Positions 50,279 through 61,790 of a stretch of 64,000 nt of DNA are shown here, one piece after another. Each line of letters opens with the position of its first letter. Position 1 is the first letter of the stretch. The stretch is from Azolla caroliniana (Eukaryota; Plantae; Polypodiophyta). The position numbers and the translations under genes were made by a program. The notes beneath the pieces are model-generated. The model saw only the letters and a list, made by a program, of their open reading frames with translations, was not told the origin of the DNA and searched no databases. The stretch spans positions 9,300,001 through 9,364,000 of the forward strand of contig JBHGNT010000012.1 in the NCBI GenBank assembly GCA_043228905.1, given 5' to 3'.

Positions 50279-53200
50279 CACCGTAAGGAATTGAACAGAT
50301 CTTTGATTGTCAAGGCTCTTGACTCACGCGAAGGCCGCTCCGTTATCGAACACCTTAGTCTCCATCCGGGAAGATGTGATATATGGTTGTCCTAGGATGA
50401 CGGGATGTGAAGCCGAGTCTTGCACGAAGAAGTGTTGATCCATCTCCACATCTCCGATTGTGACTTTAACATTGGGGCAAGCTCCATACAGGTCTTCCGT
50501 GGCCTTCGTTGCCGCTCGTATCTTCCATCCGTGGTTTGTGTTGATCGGCCATCTTCCTTTCTTGTAGAATTCGGTCGACATGAGGTTGATCTCCGAACCA
50601 TGGTCAATCAAGGCTACCACGGTCTCCTTCTTCTCTCCGATCTTCACCGGCGTCTCCGTTGTCGCTCTTGCCCAATGAGGCCAAGAGTAATGGATGTCCG
50701 CCATCACTTCTTCTTCCTCCTCCTCTTCGGATCTTGCCATGGTTATGGCACTTGTTTTCACCTCTTCTTCATCCGATTGTTGCCACTTCCGCTTAATCAA
50801 GTCCACGATAGTATCGTGGAACTCCTTCTTAGCGATCCCAAGTAGCTCTCTCAAAGTAAGGTCGACATGACTGTCTAAAACCTTCTCCTCAAGGACCTTC
50901 CGCAAGTTGGTTGTTTGTTCTATGTCCGACCTTAGCTTGTAAGTCGGCGCCACTCGTTCCTTTCCTTTCTTCACAGATTCATCGACTTCCATCCGAGAAG
51001 GTTGGCTCGATCCACCGGGCTTCATGCTTGTTTCTCCTATCTCTTTTCGTGGCGTAGGTTGGGCTTGTCCTTCTTTCCCTTCATTCCTTGTATTGTGACG
51101 CTTTGAGATGCCATCTTCTTCACCGGTTCTTTTCCTCTTCTCTTCGACAAGAGCCTCATAGTTGTCGCACACAACCTCCGCAAAGCTTGTGTTATCGTCG
51201 ACTGGATCCGACCATCCAGTTACTCGTCGCACATTCCAATCAGCATGTTTGAGATCCTCCAAATCCATTTTTCCTTTCTTTTCACACTCGAATACCGTTG
51301 GCCAAAACCCAATTCCCGGCTTGATCGTCTTTAGATTCTCTCTTCCGACTCGTATTCCCGCCGATGTGGCGTAGTGCATGGCTTCCACATGCCTTGCATC
51401 TTCCTCTTCCATGATCTTTTTCAGCCCGCCTCTTCCAAAGTTCACTCGTAGCGGCTTTCGGGTCTCGCTCGAGTGAATCATGTTGCCGTCCAAATAGACG
51501 ACATTCTTGCGAATCGCGTCTTGCAAGTCAGTGCACTCCCTTCGTGAGTGCTCGAAGTTGTCGCACCACACACATCTATATGCTTCTTTTCCCTTTGGCC
51601 CACGTCGACCTAAGTTGGCCAACGATACCGCTTCAAACTTCTTGGAGGGCTCTTCGATTATAGATTCCTCCATCGCTTTCTTGTCGACATTGTTGATTGG
51701 CTTGTTAGACTCAATCGTCACAGGTGCATTCCTCCTCCATGATTGTGGATTCTCCATATCAGTTTCCTCTTGCCATTGTCGACGCTTATCAAGACGGCTA
51801 CAAGCCTTCTTCACCGCCGCCTAGTCCGCCACCAAGCCATTTGGTTGTGTTTCATCCTCCAAAAAGTTACCCAATTCACGCCGATCTTTGGCATCCACTG
51901 CCTTCAGGAATAGTAGGACTTTATCTCCATCGAGAACTCGTTGATCAACACTCGGAAGTCGGTTATACTTCTGGTCGAATTCGACATATACTCCAGACGC
52001 ACACATATTCTTCCCTTTCTTCTTGATCCAAGACATTAGCATATGTCGAGTCATCCGTGATGCGTCTTCAAGCATGTATTCGGCGAGAAGCGCCTTTTCG
52101 AACTCCGCCCAAGTTGCATGATCGCTTTGGATCTCCATGATGCGCTCGCGGATCTGTGGTTCCACCACACGTTTGAAGCTAGAAATTTGTTTGAGATCGT
52201 TGACATCCCTTTGTTGCATCTCGTTCCGATAGGTAGCAAGAAGATCCGTGATGTTCTTGCCACCAAATCGTCCAGCTATCTCGACCGTACGATCAACAAC
52301 TTTGTCGATTAAAGCTTCTCAATCTCTCACCTTCAGCATGTATTCCACTATGGACACCATACCTTTTGTTAATTCCTCTCCTTGAGTTCCGCTTGTTGAA
52401 GCCATTGTTGCACTTGATATCCTTCCTACCGCCTCTTTCACATCGGGTTCACCACGTAATTATGTCGTGAAAATCCGTCACTATGTGCGGATCGTGAGGC
52501 GGAACCGCTGGGGTTCTTGACTAGAAGGATTTAGTGCAACACGTACAACACAAGCAAGTTTTAAGCATAAGACAAGTGGGAGAGACAAATCATTTTTTTA
52601 TTGCAAAAGAAAATCGATTCTTTATAATTTCAGAATCGTGTTAGATTGGGTTGGGTATGGAAATGAGAGATTAGTTTTTCAAAGAAAGGAGCCAACAACC
52701 ATGCAAGGAGTGGTCCGATATGAATACGAGAGATAATTTTTTACAAGAAAGCTCAAGTAAACAAAGCTAAGAGTTTGATATCAATATGTGAGATAATTTT
52801 CTTCTCGAATCCGAGAGGGAAGAAGAAAGAAGGGGGGGGGGGGGGGGGGGAAAGAAGGAAAAAAAACTAGGAGGGAAAAAATGGGACATATATCGAGCTC
52901 CTCATTGATCCTCCTCCCCAACTTTACTTTGCATGCCCACTTTTAGTCGGAAGGCCTCTATTTTTAGTTGCATGGCCTCTGCTTTTAGTCGCATGCTTCC
53001 ATTTTTAGATGCATGCCTTTTTACTTTTCGTTGCATGGCCTTGGCTTTTGGTTGCATGCGATTGTCCATATAATTCGGCCAAATGACACAATCATCCATA
53101 AAGTTTAGCCCGTGTGCAATCCATACGTGCGTCGCAACCAAACTGTAGACGCGTCAGCGCGCAAAAGTCTCGACCACGTAGTAGTGTATGCATCCACGCA

Positions 53201-53786
53201 TGCGCACGTCCCGACCGCGCCGTAGTGTACGCATCCACGCGGGCGCGCGTCCAACCCGCATCGTATACGCATCCGCGCACAAAAGTCTCGTCCGCGCCAT
53301 AGTGTACGCACGTTCGCATACACGCATCCACACCGCACATACGCGTCCGTCCGAAACATCCACGCATGCACGCGTGCACACAAACGCGTCTGCACGCTCG
53401 TCCACATAGTAGTGTACGCATCCACGCATGCGCACGTCATGTAGACGCGCGTACGCCCATAGCGTGCACACCACATAGTGTAGCCCAAGTCACCTTAAAT
53501 ATCCTATGTTCCACACATTGATAGAATGAATATGTTTTGGTTTCCCTTATATATTGTAGGTTCCAATGTTGTCCTATCTATGTGGGATATCTCACAATTT
53601 TGTCTTTTCTTTTCTTTTCTTCAAACGTCACACTCACATAACTTGATACTTGTTTATCCGTTTTATGCGTAGTAAAATATGCTATGAAGCTCTTTAACAC
53701 ATCTATCTTTCCATATCCATATATTAAGCTAATCCTAAATAATGATTTTATTAGATTTCATATCGTGTGTGAAAAACCACACGACA
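50278..53786 (-). mobile_element. Gypsy element F (same lineage as D and E): 5' LTR, PBS, gag-PR; 3' part deleted
   Basis: LTR 52463-53786. PBS 52437-52454 (tRNA-Trp, one mismatch). gag from 52405. ALIDHGSEINLM. Right flank GCGC lies inside the H integrase. Confidence 0.9.
53110..53480. repeat. CpG-rich minisatellite-like array in the F LTR
   Basis: Repeated TAGTGTACGCATCCACGC-like units. Also ~21-bp TTTTAGTTGCATGGCC repeats at 52920-53060 and a G run at ~52832-52850. Confidence 0.85.
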
Positions 53787-54781
53787 GCGCAGCTTCGCCG
53801 TCGCCCGTTCTACATCCTCCTGTCTTCGCTCGAGCTACTGGATTCCCCCCGCTAACAGCTCCTCCCAGCTCATCTCATCTCTCCAGTCCACCGTGGTCCA
53901 TGAGGAGATCGTTCGCTCCATCGGCATGACTGGCTTCTACCTGTACATCAGCTCCCCCGGCATGAACCTAGTTACTGAACTATGCGTAGTTTGGTCTGCC
54001 CACAATGCATAGGGTAGGAGCCGCGACCAATTCGCGACTTGGCCTCCGCATGCCGGTACCAACGCCTTTACGATTGGCCCGTGTCCGCGTTCTACCTTCC
54101 CGTTTTCCTCCGGGTTGTACGCCCTAGTGAGGGAGAACTTGACCCCTAGCCGGTAGAACAGCTCTTCAGCTTCCTGCATGTCCAGCTCCCCTCAATCTGC
54201 AATGATCTTCCCTACGCATCCATACCGGCACAACACCTCAATCAGGAATCAGCACACCGCCGCAGTCATCTTATTCTGCAATGCATGGCACTCCATTTGG
54301 TTCGTCAAGACTTCTCGCGCTGTCGTGAAGATCCGTCACTACGTGCGGATCATGAGGCGGAACCGCCGGGGTTCTGGACCGGAAGGATTCAAAATCGGTA
54401 CAAGCTTTGGCGCAAGCTTTAGCAAGAAAGTACTTAAGATAGATTGGGAAAGAGAGAAGTTGAGATTACACGATTGAGAGAGATTGATTGAACTTTTAAC
54501 TTTAGATTTAAGAAACAAGTTACACAATCAATTTGATAACGAATTTCTTCCTCTTAATTTTCATAAAAAAAAACCGTGTTTTTTCTCCTCCCCCTTCCCT
54601 CTTTTATAGATGCTCTCATGCATATGATGCATGTGAGGGTACAAGTCATGCATAAATTGCATGTTTGCCATTTGGCGCTTATGTATTACATGTGGTGCAT
54701 GATAACCATGTCACTCATTTTAGCTCTCATGTATGAGAATTTACATGTAAAAGTACAATGATAGAAATATAATTTCAACTA

Positions 54782-54853
54782 CATAGCATGGCTTAATGGT
54801 AAGCCAATTGACTCCTAACTTGGAGGTGCAAGGTTCGAATCCTTACTTGCCCT
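54782..54853 (+). promoter_or_regulatory. tRNA-like Pol III type-2 promoter inside the E LTR; second copy at ~59701-59772
   Basis: A box TGGCTTAATGG at 54789, D stem GCTT/AAGC, loop CTCCTAA, B box GGTTCGAATCC at 54832 with T stem AAGG/CCTT. Confidence 0.72.
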
Positions 54854-55482
54854 TCTTGTATATGTAAATATGTATATATATTTATATATTTATTTATCTA
54901 GTCGCCGGTTACCGGTGCCTCGCCGGATACCGGTGCTGCCGCCGGATGTCGTCGCCGGTTACCGGTGCCGCCGCTGGATGCCGTCGCCGAATTGCCGCCA
55001 GATCACCGGCTCCATTGCCGGTCCGGTTTTGGTTGGCCAAAACCCTTTACGAGTAGCTAGCCCACCTCCACTCTTAGTTCAAGTTACCTTGAACTCTCTA
55101 TGCTCCACACATAGACACAAAGATAATATTTTTTGCTCCACCTTATATATGATGAGAGCTGTATTTGTCGTGCCTATGTGGGATATCTCACAATTTTCTC
55201 TTTTCCTTTCACAAACTTTATACCCTCATATCTTGACATTTAGTTGTCTGTTTCTCGTGTAATAAAGTGCATTTGAAACCTCCATCATTTTGTACTTAGA
55301 TATTAAATTTATTTAAAATGTTATCTTCACAATTATTGTACTATGTGATTGATACTCGATTTCGTACGTTTTATGGGATTTTCACACTATTGCCGAAAAT
55401 CTTCACGACATCCACCCCCACCAAACCGCACGTCCTCCGGTACGTGCCAAGAAGAGAGAAAGTGAGATTTCGGCTGCGATGA

Positions 55483-56985
55483 TCAATTAGATTCCTCCAT
55501 GTCTTCATTTACATCCGCCCCATTATGTTCATCGTCGAGGTAGTCGAGGTCGGGATCCTTGTCTTGTCTTTTCTTGAAAATCTTTACTCTTTTCCCCGCA
55601 ATGGGTACGGGCTTCCGGCCGTATGCTCCACTCAAGTGACCTACCACCAAGATCTCCGGTTTCCCGAATGCGGATTTTTCTCCCGAAAATGTCAAATTCG
55701 CATCTTCGAGCCTTTGAAGCACCTTCTCGCAATCTTTCATATGATCCGCAACAAACTTTCTACAACCTTCCTTATCTTTCGATTCATCTTTCTCCTCATC
55801 CGAACATCCTTTTATCGGAATATCATCCAAGAATGGCATCGTGATGTCCGGAATGCAATCTTTCAAGACTTTATTCATGGCATTCACCATATGAGCCACC
55901 GAGTTCGTTGCGCCTTGGGGTAAGGTACACATCCGCACAAGCCTGATCGGAGTCCTCATGGTTGTAATGTCCCGACTGTCGATCGCCAATTGGAATTGGT
56001 CATATCCGGAGTAGAGATCGCCAATGGAGTAGATGGACCGGCCTGCAAACGCTTCGGCAAATTCGTCCACGCTCGAACCGATTCCGGCATTTCGAATTGT
56101 CACCTTGTTGACGGGTTGAAGATCTTGGATGAATCGCAATGATCCATTCTTCTTCGGCACCGTGAACCACCTATTGGAATAAGGAGCATTCGACGGTTCT
56201 AGAATTCCCATACTCACCTTCTCCTTTAAGAGCTCGATCAGCTTCGGAAGGTGTGCTCTCGGAACCGGTATCGGTTTCAAATTCCAAGGCACATGAGGCA
56301 CCGTGAAGATCACCATCGGCTCTATAACCTTTGGGTTGGCGCATCCGATTTCTCGTGGGAAGAATGCGAAAGCCTTCCCATGTCTCTCAAGCATATCGCG
56401 AAACATTCGCTCCTCTTCAGGGAGAAGGAAATCCTCCTTTCCAACTCGTAGCTTCCCCTTCGTCTCTTTGGTGAAGACATGACCTATCTCTTAAGCTTGG
56501 ATCGTTAGCGACTTCCTTCATCTTTTGCCAACTATCTTCCGGTAGCGGAACCGCAACTGGCTTGATCTTTTTATCCACCGTTTTATATTTCGTGTTGATG
56601 TTAGCTTCCTTCATCGAGATGCCACGACGATATTCATCGATGATAGCGTACATGTTGACGGAGTTAACCGAAATCACGCGTTGGTTGTGAAGATAGCTCA
56701 AGTCCATGACGTCCTCGATTTCGCCGATGGTGTCGTTAAATGAGGCTTCTTCCATGATATGAGTCACGAACTCTCCTTCTTCTATTATGTTCTCTTCTTT
56801 CAGCATCTTCTCGAATTCTTGTATCCGGCGCTTGTACTTCTTGTCGGGTAGTACTAGTTTACATGCGCCACTAGGTGTGACACATGTTGCTTCTCCTTGC
56901 AATCCACGCACTCTTCTTTCTTGTGGGGTCTTGTGATTGCTCGGACTATTTGTGCCCCATGCTTCAATAGTCCGCTCTAAAAATC
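55483..56985 (-). pseudogene. pol: E pol remnant: RT fused to the IN C-terminus
   Basis: The -1 frame is open from the slip site. Frameshift at ~56485. RT PFLDDIPIKG, then junction GAYGRKP|VPIAGKRVKIFKKR at ~55607. Confidence 0.9.
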
Positions 56986-59178
56986 CGAGGATTCGCCTCC
57001 GAGACTATCTCGATTCCTTTCATGATTGGCTCGCACCGTTAGGAATTGGACCGATCTTTGGTTGTCAAGACTCTTTATTCGTGCGAAGGCTGCTCCATTA
57101 TCAAACACTTTGGTCTCCATCCGAGATGATGTGATATAAGGTTGCCCTAGGATGACAGGATGTGACGCCAATTCTTGTACGAAGAAGTGTTGATCCATCT
57201 CCACATCCCCGATCGTGACTTTGACATTGGGACAAGCTCCGTACAAATCCTCCGTAGACTTTGTTGCCGCGCGAATCTTCCATCCGTGGTTTGTATTGAT
57301 TGGCCATCTTCCCTTTTTGTAGAAGTCGGTTGACATGAGGTTGATCTCCGAGCCGTGGTCGATCAAGGCTACCACGGTCTCTTTCTTCTCCCCGATCTTC
57401 ACCGGCGTCTCCGTTGTCGCTCGTGCCCAATGAGGTCGAGTGTAGTGGCTGTCCACCATATCTTCATCGATTTCGTCTCTTGCCATCGTTATGGCATTCG
57501 TTTTTGCTTTTTGCGGCTTCTCTTCTTCCTCGTCCGATTGTTGTCTCTTTCTCTTTACAAGGTCCACGATCGTGTCATGGAACTCCTTCGTAATGCCAAG
57601 CAATTCCCTCAAGGACAAAGTTACGTGGCTATCAAGAACTTGTTCTTCGAGAATCTTCTTTAGGTCCGTCGTCTGCTCTATGTCCGGCCTTAGCTTATAG
57701 GTAGGTATGGTCCTTGTCCTCCGAGCGGGGTCTTCGACACCAACCTTCACGGGCCGAACCGTTTCTTCAACTCGTATGCTCGGCTCCCCTTTTCGGGTTG
57801 CTTCTCGTTCCTCCGTTTGTAAAGGTCGACTCGTCTCCGCATCGTCCTTCTTTTTCGCGTTCCTTGTTTCATGTCTTTTTGATGGCCCTTGCTCTTCTAT
57901 TCTCTTTCTCTTTTCTTCGACGAACACCTCGTGGTTGTCGCACATCACCTCTGCGAGTATGGTGTTGTCGTCCACCGGATCCAACCACCCAGTTATGCTT
58001 TGCACGCTTCGGTCCGCAAGCTCTACCTCGTTCGATGTGACTTTTCCCTTCTTCTCATATTCGAGAACGGAAGTCCAAAACTTTGCTCCCGCTCTAGCAC
58101 CTTCAGTCTTGTCTTTCCCGACTCTTATTCCGGCCGACGCAGCATAGTGCATCGCATCCACATGAGTCGCATCGGCATCCTCCATAGATTTCTTCATTCC
58201 TCCTCTTCCGAAATTCACCCGTAGGGGTCTTCTAGTCTCGCTTGAGCAGATCATGTTGTCCTCTATGTATACGATATTTTGTCGAATCACCTCTCGAAGG
58301 CTCGCACAATCCCTTCTCATGTGGTCCATGCTATCGCACCACACGCATCTAAAGGGTTCTTTTCCTTTAGGGCCCCGACGATTCATGTTGGTTAGCGTGA
58401 CCTTCTCGAACTTCTTCACTAGCTCTTCAATGATGTCCTCATCAATCTTCTTTTCTTCCACGTTACTTTGTCTTGGCGGCTCAGCTACTTTCGGCGGTCT
58501 TGCTTTCTTCGTGGTAGTCGATCCCGTCAAGTCGGTGTCATCAACCCATTGGCGACGCTTGTCGAGCCTATTGCATGCCCGCTTCACCGCTATCCAGTCC
58601 ACTACGAGCCCATTTGCTTGGGTATCATCTTCGAGAAGAGTCCCCAACTCCCGTCTATCCTTTATGTCCACGGCCTTCAAGAGGTACAAAATATTGTCCT
58701 CTTCAAGCAACACTTGATCCGTATTGGGGAGACAACTAAACATCTGGTCGAATTCGTCGTACACCCTCGAGACGCTCATCTTCTTATTCTTCTTCTCTAT
58801 CCACTTCATCAGGGCATGTCGAGTCATCCTCGTTGAGTCTTCAGTCACGAACTCCGCTAGTATCATTTTCTCGAACTCGGACCATGTTGTCTTACCTTCT
58901 TGAAGCTCGATGACGCGTCTTTGGATGTTGTTGGCGACAACTCTCTTGAAGCTTGCGATTTGACGTGCCTCGGACACGTCCCTCTGATTCATCTCCCTTC
59001 TATATGCATCAAGGAACTTCGTAACGTTCCTTCCATCGAATTGGCCCTCGAGCTCTACGACACGATCGACAGCCTTCTCCACGCTCGCGTCGTTGTCCTG
59101 AGATCTCATCATTTGCTCGACGATTAGCATCATCCTTTCGAGCTCTCCCGCTTGGTTGCTTGAGGACGCCATCTCCAA
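56977..59178 (-). CDS. gag: E Gag-protease, intact 733-aa ORF
   Basis: FDGRNVTKFL capsid motif, CVWCDSMDHMRRDC knuckle, ALIDHGSEINLM protease. Ends at the slippery site GGATTTT-TAG. Confidence 0.92.
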   Translation of the reverse strand: MEMASSSNQAGELERMMLIVEQMMRSQDNDASVEKAVDRVVELEGQFDGRNVTKFLDAYRREMNQRDVSEARQIASFKRVVANNIQRRVIELQEGKTTWSEFEKMILAEFVTEDSTRMTRHALMKWIEKKNKKMSVSRVYDEFDQMFSCLPNTDQVLLEEDNILYLLKAVDIKDRRELGTLLEDDTQANGLVVDWIAVKRACNRLDKRRQWVDDTDLTGSTTTKKARPPKVAEPPRQSNVEEKKIDEDIIEELVKKFEKVTLTNMNRRGPKGKEPFRCVWCDSMDHMRRDCASLREVIRQNIVYIEDNMICSSETRRPLRVNFGRGGMKKSMEDADATHVDAMHYAASAGIRVGKDKTEGARAGAKFWTSVLEYEKKGKVTSNEVELADRSVQSITGWLDPVDDNTILAEVMCDNHEVFVEEKRKRIEEQGPSKRHETRNAKKKDDAETSRPLQTEEREATRKGEPSIRVEETVRPVKVGVEDPARRTRTIPTYKLRPDIEQTTDLKKILEEQVLDSHVTLSLRELLGITKEFHDTIVDLVKRKRQQSDEEEEKPQKAKTNAITMARDEIDEDMVDSHYTRPHWARATTETPVKIGEKKETVVALIDHGSEINLMSTDFYKKGRWPINTNHGWKIRAATKSTEDLYGACPNVKVTIGDVEMDQHFFVQELASHPVILGQPYITSSRMETKVFDNGAAFARIKSLDNQRSVQFLTVRANHERNRDSLGGESSDF

Positions 59179-61094
59179 GTATTAATCTCGACTTGATCCT
59201 TCCTACCGCCTCTTTCACGTCGGGTTCACCACTTAATTATGTCGTGAAGATCCGTCACTACGCGCGGATCGTGAGGCGGAACCGCCGGGGTTCTGGACCG
59301 GAAGGATTCAAAGTCGGTACAAGCTTTGGCGCAAGCTTTAGCAAGAAAGTACTTAAGATAGATTGGGAAAGAGAGAAGTTGAGATTACACGATTGAGAGA
59401 GATTTATTGAACTTTTAACTTTAGATTTAAGAAACAAGTTACACGATCAATTTGATAACGAATTTCTTCCTCTTAATTTTCATAAAAAAAAACCGTGTTT
59501 TTTCTCCTCCCCCTTCCCTCTTTTATAGATGCTCTCATGCATATGATGCATGTGAGGGTACAAGACATGCATAAATTGCATGTTTGCCATTTGGCGCTTA
59601 TGTATTACATGTGGTGCATGATAACCATGTCACTCATTTTAGCTCTCATGTATAAGAATTTACATGTAAAAGTACAATGATAGAAATATAATTTCAACTA
59701 AATAGCATGGCTTAATGGTAAGCCAATTGACTCCTAACTTGGAGGTGCAAAGTTCGAATCCTTACTTGCCCTCCTTGTATATGTAAATATGTATATTTAT
59801 TTATTTATCTAGTCGTCGAACGCCGGTTACCAGTGCCGTCGCCGGATATCAGTGCCTCGCCGGATGTCGTCGGATCACCGGCTCCATCGCCGGTCCGGTT
59901 TTGGTTGGCCAAAACCCTTTACGAGTGAGTAGGTAGCCCACCTCCACTCTTAGTTCAAGTTACCTTGAACTCTCTATGCTCCACACATAGACACAAAGAT
60001 AATATCTTTTGCTCCACCTTATATATGATGAGAGTTGTATTTGTCGTGCCTATGTGGGATATCTCACAATTTTCTCTTTTCCTTTCACAAACTTTATACC
60101 CTCATATCTTGACATTTAGTTGTCCGTTTCTTGTGTAATAAAATGCATTCGAAACCTCCATCATTTTGTACTTAGATATTAAATTTATTTAAAATGTTAT
60201 CTTCACAATTATTGTACTAAGTGATTCATACTCGATTTCGTACGTTTTATGGGATTTTCACACTATTGCCGAAAATCTTCACGACAGCGCCAGCACCAAG
60301 TACCGCATCTACCCTATCCCCATCGGCATCGTCACTAGATCCACCATCAACTTGAAGTGGATGGTCGGTGGGTAAGTCGGGTGCAGCTCACCCCGATGTC
60401 GGACTATGGAATGCATCTGACAGCTTTTGCAAGTCGTTACGAACCGATGCACGTCCCGGTATAGTTCCAGCCACCAGTACTTCTCCTTCAGCTTCTCGAA
60501 CGTGGCCCATGTCCCCCGGTGCCCGGCCCAAGGACTCTCGTGGTACGCCATTAGCAATGCTTCCTGCTCCTCCTTCTTTGCCACCACCCGGAGTTGGGCT
60601 CCGTTTTGCTTCTTCGGGCGCTTCCATATGCTTCCGTCTCGCAAGAAGAACCGGTACGCTTTCTTCCATATCCGGTTAGCCTCTTCCCTTGTCCATGCCG
60701 CTCCCGGTGTCATCGTCTTCAGGAACCCACCGATCTGAAGCCACTCCCCATCGTAGTTGCTCTCGTTGAACTCGTTCAGCACCAGAGTGCTCCCAGCCTT
60801 TGCCACTATGTGAGCCGACTCGAAGAAGTCCTCACCAACTTCTTCATTCTCTGAAACCATGTCGTCTTCATCGTCGAACCGTGCTCTTGAAAGCATATCG
60901 GCCATGGTGTTGTCCTTACCGAAGATGTGTCGTATCTCCGGATTTAGAGACTTGATGTACGCGATCCACCTGAGCATTGCCAGGTCCGGAGTCGCGCATC
61001 CGGAAACCATACCGAGAATTGGTAGGCAGTCTGTCTCGATTATTACTTCCGTCCCGATTAGATAATCCTTGTCGGCCTTGACTGCCGAAATGAT

Positions 61095-61790
61095 ACCCCA
61101 CAGTTCGCACTTGACCTGGGCGTATCCTTGTTGTCGCTCGCTCAATACCTTCGCCCTGAATCGGATCGGGAACCACACGCCGCTCTCGTCCTCCTGATTG
61201 ATTACCCATCCGATCCCGGTCTGGCTCGTGTCTACAGTTACGTAGACGGGGACCTTCTTGCCGTAGATCACCTTCCGGAGAGCCGGTGCCGCGGTAAGCG
61301 CCTCTTTTAATCTCCGGATCGATTCCGTATGTTCGTTACTCCATTTGAATTTTCGCCCTTTCTTAAGCAATCCGTAGAGCAGTTCCACGACGTGTGCGTA
61401 GTGCGGGATCCAAATGTGATAGAACGTGCATGCCCCCAGGAACCCCACAGTTCGCACTTGACCTGGGCGTATCCTCGTTGTCGCTCGCTCAATACCTTCA
61501 CCCTGAATCGGATCGGGAACCGCATGCCGCTTTTGTCCTCCTGATTGATTACCCATCCGATCCCGGTCTGGCTCGTGTCTACAGTTACGTAGACGGGGAC
61601 CTTCTTGCCGTAGACCGCCTTCCGGAGAGCCGGTGCCGCGGTAAGCGCCTCTTTTAATCTCCGGATCGATTCCGTGTGTTTGTTACTCCATTCAAATTTT
61701 TGCCCTTTCTTAAGCAATCGGTAGAGCAGTTCCGCGACGTGTGCGTAGTGCGGGATCCAAATGTGATAGAACGCGCATGCCCCCAGGAAC
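61095..61790. repeat. 347-bp tandem duplication in the H RT/RNase H region
   Basis: 61095-61441 is repeated at 61442-61788 with several substitutions. ACC microhomology at the junction. Confidence 0.93.

Larger units (their letters stand above)
54321..60286 (-). mobile_element. Gypsy element E, both LTRs present, RNase H and integrase deleted
   Basis: LTRs 54321-55410 and 59240-60286. 4-bp TSD GCGC. PBS 59214-59231. PPT GGTGGGGGTGGA. Confidence 0.96.

Noticed and set aside
53092-53488. C/R/A-rich ORFs in several frames
   Set aside because: They are products of the minisatellite in the F LTR.
54782-54853. Functional tRNA-Arg(CCT) gene
   Set aside because: The acceptor and anticodon stems do not pair. 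Only the D and T arms and the promoter boxes survive.
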